A stretch of 64,000 nucleotides of DNA from Octopus vulgaris (GCA_951406725.2 OX597815.1:31186001-31250000), one strand, 5' to 3'. Numbered from the stretch's first letter, positions 15,535 to 30,213 are shown. The notes: a model not told the origin generated them from the sequence alone. Made by a program: numbers and translations.

Positions 15535-16380
15535 CTTTATACTATAGACACAATGTATACACGGTATACACTGAAAAAGAAGAGACATATGTATAGCATA
15601 CAAAGGTTATTAAAAAAGTGGCGGGGCGGATTATAGAGGTGTGGCCCTCCAGATACAGGAAAGCCTCTAGGGGATAATCGAAGAGCTCTACCGTCCGAGG
15701 CTACTCTGAAGCTCCAGGAACAAGTACCCTCTCCAATTCCTTTCCCTCGGCTCACAGGTCTACACTTAGAGTGATACCATCCACTCTTGCCATTTTCGCA
15801 ACTTTTACCCACTTATAAATAAACCCACCCGAGGACAGCGCTTCCCTCTCCACTCTCAATTTCCTTTTCAAGTGAAACTTGAAGAATTCAATGAGAGCTC
15901 TACCAAAGACGAATGTATCTGTCCTCATGCCTTTCAGCCTTGTCTTCCATACAACCTCTTTCTCCACAGTCACCAGGCAAAGGAAAACTGCTTTGCCTGC
16001 CCGATTGGAGGAAGGCAGCGGTGCGATAGCAATGTCCAGACACTGAAAGAGGGCATGCAGAACAGTTTCGTCACTCCGCGCGTACCTCGGACAAGCCTGT
16101 CTGACAGCACATCCATTCCTGTAGAGTCTATCTCGAACCGATAGCGTCCCCCGTAGCACTGCAAGGCCAAGGACATCTGGAAATTATTCATGATAGTTCC
16201 CGACAAGAAAATCCTCCGGAACAGACTCGCCAGTTCGTTCTAGTCGGCACCCAGAATCTCTCCGAGCACGTCGTCACACTTCCCCGCCACTAATCCTCTA
16301 TAAATTTCTAAGGGGGAACATCCACTGCTCCCATTGCCCGACTGGAAGAGAACTGTGAGTGTCTGACGATACTCTGGGTG
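15535..16380 (-). mobile_element. L1/Tx1-like LINE 3' fragment (subfamily a) with (TTA)n tail
   Basis: C-terminal ORF2 with zf-RVT-type region LSVRDRLYRNG...CPR..RSDETVLHALFQC and ...FFKFHLKRKLRVERE...WVKVAKMARVDG, then 3' UTR. Homologous to 47322-47862. Confidence 0.8.
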
Positions 16381-16384
16381 CCAA

Positions 16385-16830
16385 CAAGGATAATAATAAA
16401 TATGCTAGTACATAATACACCGGACTTAGTGGCGGTCAACAAGATGCATCACATGAGCTGTACTCCTGATGCTGCATTCCCCTTTAACCCACGAATAGAC
16501 ACGAAAGAAGGGGGGGAAATAGATAAATACAATCTTCTCAAGTACGAAATAACCCAATAATGGAAAATGAAGAAGGTGAAGATAATGCCAATTATTATTG
16601 GGTGCTTTTGGGGACATTATCAGCAGGCATCAAGAGGAATGTAAAGGAAATTGGAGTAGAATGCCTAGTTGAACAGTTACAAAAGTTTAGCCTCCTTGGC
16701 ACGGCCAAGATAATGAGGAAAGTATTAGATAACTGAAAAGAATGGATAGCATGGTACCAAAGGCTGCAGGTAGCAAGCCCGCTACGCATGCAAGACTCCA
16801 AGAGTTCCAAAAAACTTGTGATAGTACTAT
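16385..16830 (+). mobile_element. R4/Dong-like RLE C-terminal fragment
   Basis: HNTPDLVAV, KYNLLKYEI, WKMKKVKIMPIIIG and LQKFSLLGTAKIMRKVLD motifs. Confidence 0.75.
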
Positions 16831-16839
16831 AAGACCTCC

Positions 16840-17965
16840 ACTATAGCAATGAACAAGTACTTAGCTAGTACAGAAGACTGGGTGCTGCGGCTTGTGTGCA
16901 CACACGAAAGCAGCTAAAAAATCCCATTCTATTGTGAAAGAAGCTTGCAAATTCGCAAGGGAACTTGTCATTAACTCTGAATTAGATGAAGAACCTGAAA
17001 CCACTGCCACGAAAAAAGCAAAACAGATCAAACAGACTACAAAAAAGAACGGGCAGAAACAAATTAAGGAGCAGTAGAGCCAGACGCCTCTGCATGGACA
17101 GTATATACCTCGAAGCCAAAATGCTGATATAGACCAAGCAACAACCCATCATTGGCTGAGAAGCTCAGGACTGAAAGCAGAGACTGTAGATTTTATATTG
17201 GCGGCACAAGATCAAAGCTTGCTTACCAAAACCTACTAGGCTAAGGTTCTTCAAAACGGTTCTGACTCTAATGCAGATTTTGCAATACATTTGATGAAAC
17301 AATAAACAATCTCTTCTCGGAATGTCCGGTGCTGACACGAAACGAATGCAAAGATCGCCCCGATAGAGTAGGACAATATTTGAATAAGAAAATATGTAAA
17401 TACTACAAAATCAGCACTCCTGCTTACTGGTATGAACATTGAAGGTAAAAATGTCACTATCCTCTGGGATTATCCAGTGAACACCGACAAAACGATCCAG
17501 GCTAATCGACCAGACATAGTCATTAAAGACGGAGAAGACAATAATTGTAGACTTATAGATGTAAGTGTTCCCACTGATAAAAACATATTTGTAAAGCAAT
17601 TTGACAAATTAAGTAAATATAAGGACCTGGAATTGAAATTGAAATACAAAAGATGTTCCTGTTATTGTAGGTCCCTTAGGTATGATAAGAAAGCGATAGC
17701 AGAAACATCTGGATAATATCCCAAGAGAACCATCTCTCAAGAAATCAAAAGAATTGTGCTGACAAGTACTGCTCACATCCTTAGAAAATCTTATCAATTT
17801 AAATGTCTGTGTTGTATTACATGAAGATATTTCGCTACAGCTCATGCCACTTCCTCTCCGAGAGCTTTCAGTCATACTGTAACAACTATTCTTCACTCGC
17901 CCAAGGACGCTGGGTGTGCATCGTCGAGTGGTTGTAATAAACATGCAGATTAAAAGTAAATAATA
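16840..17965 (+). mobile_element. Second, decayed R4/Dong-clade copy ending in (TAA)n
   Basis: PLHGQY, HWLRSSGLKAETVDFILAAQDQSLLT, NVTILWDYPVNTDKTIQANRPDIVIKD, IDVSVP, KLSKYKDLE and TAHILRK; stops and frameshifts present. Confidence 0.9.
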
Positions 17966-17984
17966 ACAAATAATAATAATAATA

Positions 17985-18190
17985 TACAAGGCCAAAAATT
18001 GTGGGGGGGAGTTAAGTCGAATACTCCGACAGCTAGTATTCAACTGCTCAACTGCCATTTAATTTATCGATCCTGAAAGGATAGAAGACAAAGTCGACCT
18101 CGGCGGAATTTGAACTCAGAACGTAAAGACAGAGGAAATGCCGCTAAGCATTTCATCAGGCGCGCTAACGACTCGCCAGCTCGCCGCCAA
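17985..18190 (-). mobile_element. SINE family A
   Basis: GGCGGCGAGCTGGCGAGTCGTTAGCGCG...CTGAGTTCAAATTCCGCCGAGGTCGAC on the minus strand. Confidence 0.87.
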
Positions 18191-18479
18191 TAATAATAGT
18201 TCTGATTACAGAACAGATGGGATGCGTGACCTTACTCCACATGAAATGACAATAAATTATAGGATACGATATTATACATATCGGAAAACAATAGAATGGT
18301 AGGAAACCAGTCATGTTAAGCTTTGTTAAATAAATTGTAATACAGATAGTTATAGAAACAATGAGCTTTCTTTTACGTTATGAGGAACGTGGGATAGCTA
18401 ACGTTTCGGACATAATCATTCATCGGTGAGATATGAAATATCAACAGAGGTTGGGCGATAAAATAGAGTGATCTGATTT

Positions 18480-18539
18480 CGTTGAACCAAGGTTCCTTCA
18501 TTGGAATTTCAACATCAACAGGTTATTTTTGTATGTATG

Positions 18540-18638
<99 letters not shown>

Positions 18639-19040
18639 GCAGATTTATATGTTTTGTTTTGTGTATGCATTCTAATGCATCTACTTGCATATCTAGACAT
18701 GCTCATACTTACTTAAATGCTAAAGTTCTGAGAAGTTTTACAGATTTTTTACAGTTGCAGTGATAGCATGTAGGTATGCCATTGTTCAATTTTATTTAAA
18801 GATTTCTTGCTCATTGAGAGAGTCGGTTTCTAACCTGGATTCAAGGCCCTTTCACTGGAATTTCGACATCAGCAACATGGTATTTTCGTATGTATGTATC
18901 TATGTATCTATATGTATGTGCAGATTTCTATGCTTTGCTTTATGTATGTATTCTCATATAGTTGCATATCTACGCATGCTCATATATATTTAAATGATAA
19001 ACTGCTGGAAAGTTTTACACATTTTCACAGTTCCATGAAT
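18480..19040 (-). mobile_element. Two tandem 3'-end fragments of the (CATA)n-tailed RLE element
   Basis: Both units match 38148-38360 (CAAGGC..TCA.TGGAATTTC.ACATCA.CA and TTAAATGATAAACT..TGGAAAGTTTTACAC). Confidence 0.7.
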
Positions 19041-19321
19041 GTATGTTTATATGTATGTTTGTATGTATGTAGGTATGCATGAATGTGTGTATATATGTAG
19101 AGATTTCGAAGTCTTGGCTTACTAACCCTGATCACAGATATAAAATCGAAGCCCTGTGAACGCTTTTCCTAAAAAAATTAATATACATATATGCGTAAGC
19201 CAGAGCATCTATATAGCATAAGGTAGCTCACAACTTCTGTAGGAATTTTGTTCTGTAGAGTCTACATATCATGCTATTTGCATCGAGATGAATTGATTCT
19301 TGTGAATTATATCATTAAGAA

Positions 19322-19721
19322 CTAGCAGTATCGCCCGGCGTTGCTTGGGTTTGTAAGGGAAATAACTATATAAGCATTTTTAGAGATGTAAAGTATAATA
19401 GCCATCTCAATATGGCTAACCACAAAGGGGGGGTGTTACTGTAGCTTTTTACGTTCTGAGATTTAATAATACATTTTTAGAGAGTTACTTTCCCTTATAT
19501 AATAGCAAAAAAAATGCATTAAAAATGGGGAAAAAAATGATGGTAATTTTTTTTTTTAATCGTAGACTCATCGTAGACGCGCGGTAATACCCAGAAGGGC
19601 TCGATATGAATCACGACTATAAGATACCCGCTTTTGGTTACACTGCACCGCAAAATGTGGGAGTATTTAGGAATCTAAATCGTTGGAGACAGACACACAA
19701 CTTCACTTTTATATATAAAGA
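19322..19721 (-). mobile_element. Non-autonomous Helitron (400 bp)
   Basis: Minus strand begins TC (TCTTTATATATAAAAG) and ends with GC hairpin CCCAAGCAACGCCGGG followed by CTAG. It is inserted between host A (19321) and T (19722) with no TSD. Confidence 0.88.
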
Positions 19722-20022
19722 TTTGTGGAATCTGAAATAATTGACCACAGCATTTGACTAGACTTTATTTCTCGAACCCAATGATGAAAGACAAAGTTTA
19801 TATCAATGGGCTTTGAACTTAAAATGCAAAAAGCTGAACCAATTAAAGCCAAGCATCTGTCCGACGCTCTAGCGGTTTACTAAAACGTCTACACACACAC
19901 ACACATACAAACACACATACACAAACACGCAGATACACACTTAATTTACATATATACGTATGTTGGTAAAGATGTATGTATATATGTATATACATATCTG
20001 CCTAGTTCTCTACCCTTCTTTG

Positions 20023-20056
<34 letters not shown>

Positions 20057-20462
20057 TGTATGTATGTATGTATGTATGGATGGATGGAAGGATGGATGGA
20101 TGGATGGATGTATCTATCTATCTATCTATGTATTACACACACTCCCTCTTTCGCTGTCTATACATATATGTATATGTGTGTGAGCATGTGTGCATGTTTG
20201 TGTGAGTGTATGCATATACATATACAAACGTATATAAATACGTATATATATATACATATATATATATATACATATATATATGTATATATACGTACACACA
20301 CACAAGTGTGTATGTGTGAGGTCGGTGTAAGCATGTTCGTATACGTAGGTGTTAGTGTATATTTTGAGTAAACGTGTTCGCATGAGACTATATTCATGTC
20401 AGTGACTGTGTGCGAAATGTATGTTATTACATGAACTCATACATACATACATACATACATAA

Positions 20463-20493
<31 letters not shown>

Positions 20494-20847
20494 CATACAC
20501 ACACACACTGAGGCTCTTAGCTGTCGTTGTCTGATCAATAGAATACTGGTGCACCAATCAATAGTGTAGTGGTCAGCTGATGTGAAATATACTATAGACA
20601 GCTCCTTTTCGACTGCTTCAAGTTTTGGGGACAAAAAATGTCGGCTAAGTTCTCATTTTCCTCCCGTCAAAGTTACTCTCTGTATAGGCCTTTCTTTATA
20701 TTAATCTTCTCTCTATAACGATATATCTCTTTGTCTCTAGTTTCCTCTTATTTCTTCACTTCTTTTTTTTCTCTGTCCAAATCTTCATATTATATTCTCA
20801 TTTCCTAAAGCTGTCTTTCTCACACACACTTCTATGTCGTTTGTTTC

Positions 20848-20896
<49 letters not shown>

Positions 20897-20955
20897 TCTC
20901 TGTTTCTGCATGATTTCCTCCTTCTCTCGTTTTACTTTTAATCACTTTCTCAGTT

Positions 20956-20986
<31 letters not shown>

Positions 20987-21017
20987 TATATATATGTATG
21001 TATGTGTCTCTATATAC

Positions 21018-21065
<48 letters not shown>

Positions 21066-21602
21066 ATAAATATAGAAAGAGAGAGATAGAAAGAGAGGGA
21101 GAGAGAGAGGAAGAGAGAGATGGTGAAAGTGAGAAGGGAAGAGAGGGAGAGACAGACAATATCCGAATGTTTCTTTCAAGTAAGTATTAATTCAGCTCAT
21201 ATTATGTGTGTTTGTGTGTGTGAGTGAGAGAGAGAGAGAGAGAGAGAGGAAGAGCGTGTGTTTATGTGTGAGTGAGAGAGAGAGAGAGAAAGTGAGAGAG
21301 ACTGAAATTGACAGAGAGAAATAGAGAGATTGTATGTAAGCACCTATATGAACACATAGAATTAGAATCGCCCCCTGCCTTTGTCACGCATCCATATAAC
21401 GTCTCTTTTACTGACATAGTATGGCCATACTCATGATCACATATACATTTTGAAATCTATCTATATTTCCTTCACTTTCAACTGGTTATTCACATTGACT
21501 ACTACACAAAGAAATATACAAATATACACTTTTATCCATAGCAATGTATGTTCTTCTTTATGTTATATGTGTATCTACACACACACATACACACACACAC
21601 AT

Positions 21603-21633
<31 letters not shown>

Positions 21634-21919
21634 CATTTGTATACTTGAATGCTGGTTTGTATATATGTATATATATGGGTACATATATAGATATGCACAC
21701 ATATATATACAGACACATACACACAAACTCACACAGGCATATATGTTTGCAAATATATATGTGTGTCTGTATATATATATATATACAAACACTTGTATAA
21801 AAATATATATACACAAATATATAAACATATATATATACATATATATACACATACATACATGTGTTTAGCTATATATATATATACATATACACATATATAT
21901 ATATGTATATCTATCTATC

Positions 21920-21957
<38 letters not shown>

Positions 21958-22443
21958 CATATATATACACATATACATAACGTACATTGTCCTCTTTGAT
22001 ATATAATTTGCCTTATTAATTTATTTATTTGCGTATTTATTTTTTAGTGGTCGATACGTAATTTTCTGTGAAGTAGCCCAGGGAACATTTCTATACAAAC
22101 TACAAAAAATAGGGTAATAATCCTGAGTGGTTGAAAACTATCACAAGTTGAAATAGAGGCGATGGTAGATTAAAGTGCTGAACTATTTCATATAAATATG
22201 TAACTCTGAAAATCTAAAGTAATTTTGCTTTCTTCTCGTAATGTTGAAATCTCGCCTTATTTAAGATGTAATTTCAACTTGTAAGAAAGGAAAAATTTTA
22301 TGATTATGAATTGCTCATGGTGAATTGCTCCCGATCTGTAGCTCAAAATTCTTTCTTTCTTTCTTTCTTTCTCTCATTTATCTTTCTGTCTTTTCTTCTT
22401 TCTTTCTTGTTTTGTTTTTTTCGTCTTGTCTTTCTCCCCGTTG

Positions 22444-22505
<62 letters not shown>

Positions 22506-22614
22506 ATAAATATGTATTTATATAAATGTGTGTGCATGTAAATGTATATATTCTTATATATATGTATTTATGTATATTGTATGTATTTGTGGAGCTGTGT
22601 GTGAAAATCTGCAC

Positions 22615-22691
<77 letters not shown>

Positions 22692-22793
22692 CATATATAT
22701 ATATATATATACATACATACATACATACATACATACATACATACATACATACAAACATACATACATACATACATACATACATACATACATACA

Positions 22794-22826
<33 letters not shown>

Positions 22827-22887
22827 GTGTGTGTCTATGTGAGAAATATATACATATGTGGTGGGATGACACTTCTAAACAAACTTG

Positions 22888-23480
22888 ATACTAGTTCAAA
22901 TATGCTTGAGGCGTATTTGAACCTGTAAGAATACCATTTACTGTATTTTGTCAAGGGTACAATTTTTCGCTGTAGACTGATAGGTACCAACACATAGAGT
23001 CAGTTCGCAGAACTTCCTAACCTGACTGTAGGATGCATGAGTTTCGGAGTGGTTAGAGTGATTATCTCTTCTTCAGCAGCAGAGTCCTTGAAGACAGATT
23101 CTACGAACTGAGGTGAGATTCAGGTCCCTCTTATTATATTCCTGTCATCCTTCGATGACTGGTTGCGCTATAAAGCGGCTCATCTTCAATAAAATACAGG
23201 ATGACAGCGCTAAGCAGTTATGTGTATAATTGCAAACTTGTTGCCAGTTCAAATATGTTTGAGTCATATTCCAACCTGTAAGAAAGCCATTCACTGTATG
23301 TTGTCATGGAGAAAATATCATGAGACACTTGTCTCTCGTGTCAGTTCATAGCGTCTGCCTTTCCGGTCTCTGTTGCTCAAGAGGAGGTAACCACTTCGAA
23401 ATGCAAGCGTCGGTGTATAACACCTGTGTGAATAGCTTTCTTACGGCTTCGAACATGCTTCATGCAAACTGGAACTGGTA
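22888..23480 (-). mobile_element. Probable Penelope-like remnant with ~65-bp internal direct repeat and weak HHR-like motif
   Basis: AGTTCAAATATG.TTGAG.C.TATT..AACCTGTAAGAA..CCATT.ACTGTAT repeats at ~22893 and ~23247. Minus strand CUGAAGA...GAAAC at ~23040-23076. Confidence 0.35.
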
Positions 23481-23609
23481 ACCAGTTTGTATGTGTGTGT
23501 GTGCACGCATGTCTGCATGTGCATGTGTATGCACCTATTATTAATGCTGGTAGTCCAACAAAAACTGCACTATTTCTTTCGAGAGCATATCAGATAATAA
23601 GAAAAATAC

Positions 23610-23820
23610 ATTTCTACTCTAGGTACAATGCCCGAAATTTTCGAGGGAGGGGCCAGTCGATTAGACCGATCTCAGTACGCAACTGGTACTTAATTTATCG
23701 ATCTCGAAGGATGAAAGGCAGAGGCGACCTCGGCGGAATTTGAGCTCAGAACGTAGCGGCAGACGAAATACCGCTAAGCATTTCGCCCGGCGTGCTAACG
23801 TTTCTGCCAGCTCGCTGACT
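23610..23820 (-). mobile_element. SINE family A, near full length
   Basis: GCGAGCTGGCAGAAACGTTAGCACGCCGGGCGAAATGCTTAGCGG on the minus strand. Confidence 0.88.
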
Positions 23821-24465
23821 TATTGTAATAAAATATTGCTACACTTTATTAGTAAAGTGTAGTAGTACTAATGATAATATATAATAATTACGATGGAATT
23901 ATAGAATCAGATACAGAAACAGCATGATGTAGAAGGAAATATAAATAGAAACGAAGTGAAATATAAAAAAAAGAAACAGGTGAAAAATTAAGTAAATTTA
24001 AGATGAAATAAAATGAGTAAACAATGGCGAGGAGGAAAGTGTAATAGGTAGGTGTAATGATGATGATGACGACGACGACGAAGATGATGATGACGACACG
24101 ATGATGATGATAATGATGAGCAGAAGGAGGAGAAGGGTAATGATGATGATGATGCTTACGACGACGATAATGAAGATGAGAAAGAGAAGAAAGAAGACGG
24201 GTTTAATATTAAGTAAAGTGATGAGACGTTCCCAGCAGATGTAGAGAGAAGATAATGATGACGGCGAAGTGGTGATCAGACCCCAGGGAAAAAAACCATG
24301 ACAGCTAAGTAGAGAGTTCGTTAATCCCCAGCTACAATCAAATACAGACATACTTAAATATATGCACGTATGTGTATGTGTGTCAGTGTGTATGTGCACG
24401 CGTACCCACATCTAAATACATACAAACCATACGCATAAATACAAGTAGGCAATGCGAAGTATATA

Positions 24466-24498
<33 letters not shown>

Positions 24499-24507
24499 CA
24501 TACATTC

Positions 24508-24568
<61 letters not shown>

Positions 24569-25177
24569 CACACACAAGTATATGTATATTTATATATTTG
24601 TGTGTGTGTGTGTGTACATATATATGTATTTATGTGTATGCATATATATATATATATATATATATATAAGAAATTTAGTTAAGAGACGAGATGCGTAGAC
24701 GTAAAAAGATTAGTTACAATGTATAACCTTGGGTGAGTTGCATAATTTAAAAGAAATTGAAAAAAATGATTCAGAGCTGCCATTTACACGAATTATTAAC
24801 GATAAATACAAGTAAAATAATATCAGATAGCATACAAGACAAAGTCGAGTAAACTGTGATTCTGTTGACGCCTATTGAGACAGAAACATATGCCTACATT
24901 TACTCTATAGTCTTCAGTCAATCAAACTGTCTTTTCTTTAGTGGCGTTTAAATTTCATAAACTTTGCCCTTGAAATTATCTCCCTTTTTCGGTTTAAGAC
25001 GGTCATGATTGCCACAAGGCACTTGTATGCACTTCATTCGAAGAGAGGTGGATTTCAATAAAGCTGGAATTGATATTGTGTGGTACGTGACTTTTCTGAT
25101 TTGTTTTTCTTATGCGTGTGTATTTTTGTGTGTGGGAGGGGTGCCTTTCAGCATCTATACATATATATATGACTTTG

Positions 25178-25320
25178 TGGTAATTAGCTTGCTTACCAAC
25201 CACAAGGTTCCGGGTTCAGTCCCACTGCGTGGAAATTTGGGTAAGTGTCTTCTACTATAGCCTCGGGCCGACCAAAGCCTTGTGAGTGGATTTAGTAGAC
25301 GGAAACTGAAAAAGCCCGTT
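25178..25320 (+). mobile_element. SINE family C, 5' part
   Basis: GTGGTAATTAGCTTGC...GGTTCCGGGTTCAGTCCCACTGCGTGG... Confidence 0.82.
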
Positions 25321-25538
25321 TTTTGTCCTTGTTTACGTATACATTCGCTGCTTCCTTCCAATAAATCTAATGCTCTTAGTTTAGCTTTTCCTTGTGGCTG
25401 GCCAGATTAGAGCAATCTCGAATATAGCCAGCCGAAATTGCAAAGATAATTTGGAACTCGATCTGTCTGGATGTTTTGCGTTCTTGTCCCATTTTGTATT
25501 TTTTATATATAAAATATATATAAATATAAAGCACCATT

Positions 25539-25583
<45 letters not shown>

Positions 25584-26289
25584 CCATGTCTTATTAATTG
25601 GTCTAACACAGAGTGTGACGCTGTAACTGAGGTAGACTTTGCAAACGAGCGATGGTTAAATTGCTTTCAAGCCTTAATGTACTAATGCATCCCTCTATAG
25701 TGTCTCACTGGTACTGCAATACATTATGCGACATTTTCTTCACAAATGCCAACATCTTTGAATGCCGAAATCTGTTAAAACTGACGAAATCTGTTAAAGC
25801 GTCGACATATGTTAAAGCATCTACGGATGTGTTTGTGTTTTCTTTGAGATTTATTTCATTTTATTTTTCGCTTGCAGAATTCAAGCAGGTCACTAACAAA
25901 GGGAGCAGGTTGTTGCTCTTTGTGGAAATGTGGATAAGTTAATTTGTACATTAGTTAAGTTGTGCATACTTGTATGCGTGGAGATAAGCTTTCGTTCGTG
26001 TAGTGGGTGTGCATGCCACTTTATTAAACAAATGTATTGTTACTAAATATATTGTTTTGCCTTGATAATTTTCTCTTTTATTTTTAAAAAATATTTCCGG
26101 TATATAAGGTGCTGATTTCTAACAATGAAACAAAACACCGCCACTAAAATTTAAACAATAACAATGTGTGTCAGCATGTTGGATTTAAAAGAGTCTGCTG
26201 ATCTTTGTTGTTCATGATACAGATGTATTTTCATATCGCTTATCAGTTGACTTTCTTTGCGTAGATGCACGCAGCAGAAGTGTTTGTAT

Positions 26290-26448
26290 GGTTTTTATGG
26301 TACGAAAGCTTGCTTCTGAATCACTTGGTTCCGAGTTAAGTCACATTGCGTTGCACGATAGGTTAATGTCTTCTACTATAACCTCGGAGTAAACAAAGCC
26401 TTTTGAGTGAATTTGGTAAACGAAAACTGAAGGTAGCTTGTCATATAA

Positions 26449-26523
<75 letters not shown>

Positions 26524-26990
26524 TATGTATATGATAGATCGTTAGCCACTACACACATTCTTTTCTTTCCTTGTTTCTCTCTTTGTCTCCTTTCTGTGGA
26601 AGAGCGTAGGCTCAAAATGTAAAAGACTTTTTAATTTCCCGAGCGTTATACTAATACATCTGTTTGTTTTCTACACCACCTGTCTTCGTCATTTTTTTCG
26701 TGAATTCTCCCTATATATATGTATATACATACATACATACATATACATATATATATATATGTATATATTGTGTGTGTGTGTATGTGTCTGTATTTGTCCC
26801 CCACCACTGCCTGACAACCAGTTTTGGTAAGTATACATCCCCATCACTCAGTGATTCGGCCTAAGAGACCGTAAAATGAGTAACAGGTTTAAAAAAGTAT
26901 AAATAGTACTGGGGTTGGTTCGACTAAAATGCTTCAAGGCGGTGTCCCAGCATGGCCGCAGTCTAATAACCGAATCACGTAAAAGAATAT
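26290..26990 (+). mobile_element. SINE family C interrupted by (GATA)n and a Penelope-like fragment
   Basis: Head at 26290-26440 and tail at 26770-26990 match family C; the insert lies in the SINE's internal simple-repeat tract. Confidence 0.72.
26532..26712 (+). mobile_element. Penelope-like pLTR fragment (same family as 9045-9265), degenerate HHR
   Basis: GATAG.TCGTTAGCCACTACACACATT...CTTTCTGTGGAAGAGCGTAGGCTCAAAATGTAAAAG...GAGCGTTATACTAATACATC. Confidence 0.7.
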
Positions 26991-28013
26991 ACGTGCACGT
27001 ACATCAGTACATATATGTATGCTAGTATGAACATATATATGTATGGATGTAGTATGTATGGATGCATGTATGTATGTATTCATGTATGTATGTATGTATG
27101 TATTCATGTATGTATGTATGTATGTATGTATGTATGTATGTATGTATGCATGTATGTATGCTTGTATGTACGTACGTTTGCCTGTATGAGTTCCTTTATG
27201 ATCTTGATATCTACCACGTAGTTCTGTACGTTGAGTTTTATAGGTTTATTATAGTTTGATGTTTCGCGGTCTCGTTTTTTACGAGTACATTTATTTCATG
27301 TCAAATTACTTTAATTATTCATAATATCAGAAAGGATAAAACAAATACAAAATGGTTGAACAAAACGTATAATCTGATTCTAAATAATCAAGAGTAATTA
27401 TAAAAACGTGCATTGTTTCACTTGGTTTTACTGAATCCAATTCCACGAACGTAAAATAAATATTCTGACACTTCACGAGTCAACAAAAAACGATTTATCT
27501 TAAAGTCTGTGCTAAGCTCGAATCCTGTAGCTTCAAGATCACGAGAGAAACGATGTACCTAAGGAGAGGCGAAAGTAACATTCTCCATGAGACGATACAC
27601 CTTCTCCCAGTAACTCTTTTAAGTTACTACGCCACTCATTGTTATTCACTAAAATTGATGTTTTTCAATATTTTTCTCCCAATAAACACTAAAAAAAAAT
27701 GGGGAAATTTATTATTTTTTTCAACCCTACTCCCCGCCCCTGATTGTTTCTGTTTATAATTTTAAATATTGGAGAGCCTGAGGTCATTTCTGACATTTAT
27801 CCACAGTGATTTAAAAAAAACAGGTATGTAAAAGATAATTAATTTTAATAGCATACTTTTCTGTTAGAAAATGTAATTTTCTTACACACACATGGCCTTG
27901 CTTAATTAAGGTTGGGGTAAAAATATAAATTCCCTTAGTTTTTCTGAGATCAGCCAGAAATCAATAGACTATGCCACGTTGATCAAAATATGCCTTGTAC
28001 TATCAAAGTATGC

Positions 28014-28270
28014 GGAGGCGCGTGGCTTAGTAGTTAGAGTGTCAGCATCATAATCGTAAGATTGTGGTTTCAATGCCTGGACCGGGCGACGCGTTGTGTT
28101 CTTGAGCAAAACATTTCATTTCACGTTGCTTGCTCTAGTCCACTCAGCTGGCAAAAATGAGTAACGCTGCGATGGACTGGCGTTCCGTCCAGCTGGGGAA
28201 CACATACGCCATTGAAACCGGAAAACCTGGCCCATGAGCCTGGCTAGGATTTAAAAGGGCGCATTTATTT
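28014..28270 (+). mobile_element. tRNA-derived SINE, family D
   Basis: GGAGGCGCGTGGCTTAGTAGTTAGAG head, GGTTTCAATGCC B box, GTGTTCTTGAGCAAAACA, GCGATGGACTGGCGT. Second copy at 41270-41485. Confidence 0.82.
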
Positions 28271-29281
28271 ATTTTACTATCAAAGTATACGCTCCATTTT
28301 TTCAAATTAATTTCAAATTCTAGGATTGTTTCCCTTGCTGTTCTTGAGCAGACAACATTAAGAAAACGACGGCAAGTGAAATTATAAATTACAAGTGTGA
28401 TATTAAACAATTAAATCTTTATGTTTCAAATACAGTAGTATGTCATTTGCCCACTTTAACCATTCTTTAATACAATGTGGATGGTTTTAAAATGGCTGTT
28501 CATTTTATCTTACTCATAAACGTAAATTTACTGAATATAAAAGCAAAACAAAAGAAATAACGCAATTCATGTTTTACTCGAAAACATTCGTGACATACGT
28601 AAAGGAAAATGGTTCTATCCATCCAGGAATCTTATTTGATATTCTTCTTTAGTCATTCAGTAATATTAGTATCAAAAGAACGGGTGGGTGGGATGAAAAG
28701 GAAAGCAACGAAAAACGAAAAGGAAGAAATTTACGTAGTTGCTTCTAATTAAGTAGTTCCCCATATGCTTCAAGTTTTGTGACAGGAAACGAATCAATCG
28801 AAAATATCAAACACTTCGGCAACTTAACAAGTAATAATGCATTTCCTCCAAATACTGTCTTCAGTTGGAATAAAAGCAGAGATCAATCTCAAACGGGCTT
28901 ATGGAAAACGGTACGCATTTCTCTTTGTTTTGTGTGTTCGGTGCGAGAGGATCGAAATATATTCTTGTGAAGAAATTTTCTTTTAAGTTTTAGTGGCTGC
29001 GCAGGCAACCATCTAGACTCCATCGTGGCTTCCGCAAACAGGAATACATACACATTCAGAACTACGCGTTCGAACACATGCATTCACACACGCGCGACAC
29101 ACATGTACTTAAACGAATGCGCATGTGTGTGTGTGTGTGTGTCTGTGTGTGTGTGTATATGTGCGTGAGCATGTACTTACAAATACACAATACGTACGCA
29201 CGCGTGCACATACATACACACACAGATTCGTGTATATACAAGCAATAATATATGTATTCATAAAACACGATTAACTTAAAG

Positions 29282-29314
<33 letters not shown>

Positions 29315-29476
29315 AAAAGAGAGAGAGAAAGAGAGAAAGAGACAGAGAAAGAAACTTATGGGGATACAGAGATAAATGTGTGCGTTTCTTATGAGTATGT
29401 ATGCGTACATATGTTTACACGTTTATATGTTTATATATATATATATAAGGTTTCAAAGATAGGAAGACAAATTAGT

Positions 29477-29513
<37 letters not shown>

Positions 29514-29514
29514 A

Positions 29515-29619
<105 letters not shown>

Positions 29620-30086
29620 TGTTTCTTTATTAGTCACACAGAGTCGAACACAGAGAGGACAAATTTTAAAGTTGAGCTTTTCTTTTTGGGGAGAAAAAAA
29701 GCGGGGTAGGTTTTCGATCAAAAGGGATCGTAAAAAAAAAATTAAAACAAGGAGACGATCAATAGTGATCGTACATCACAGAAATGTCATGATGTAAAGT
29801 GTAAAGGGAGAAAACAGATAAGGTTTATCCGTGGAAAGAAAAGCCTACGGAAAAGACCACGGTAACCTCGGTCAATAATGTCACATGTTAACACATTTAT
29901 TTGCAAGTAAGTAACTCTCTGTTTTCAATTTTTCCGGGTTCATAGGATCATGCTCAAGGTGGCTTCGTCATTCATACGTGCCATCCTTGCTACATTCACC
30001 CATCTTTTTTTAAATATTCGCTAGACAAAACTTGCCTCTCTATTCTCACTTTCCTTTTCAAGTGATACTTGAAGAAGTTGATGAAA
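29620..30086 (-). mobile_element. L1/Tx1-like LINE 3' fragment (subfamily b) inside (GATA)n
   Basis: Minus translation FINFFKYHLKRKVRIERQVLSSEY..KRWVNVARMARMNDEATLSMIL*, homologous to the subfamily a C-terminus. AATAAA then (TATC)n tail; GATA arrays on both sides. Confidence 0.8.
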
Positions 30087-30087
30087 C

Positions 30088-30127
<40 letters not shown>

Positions 30128-30158
30128 GGATAGATAGATAGATAGATAGATAGGTAGG

Positions 30159-30213
<55 letters not shown>

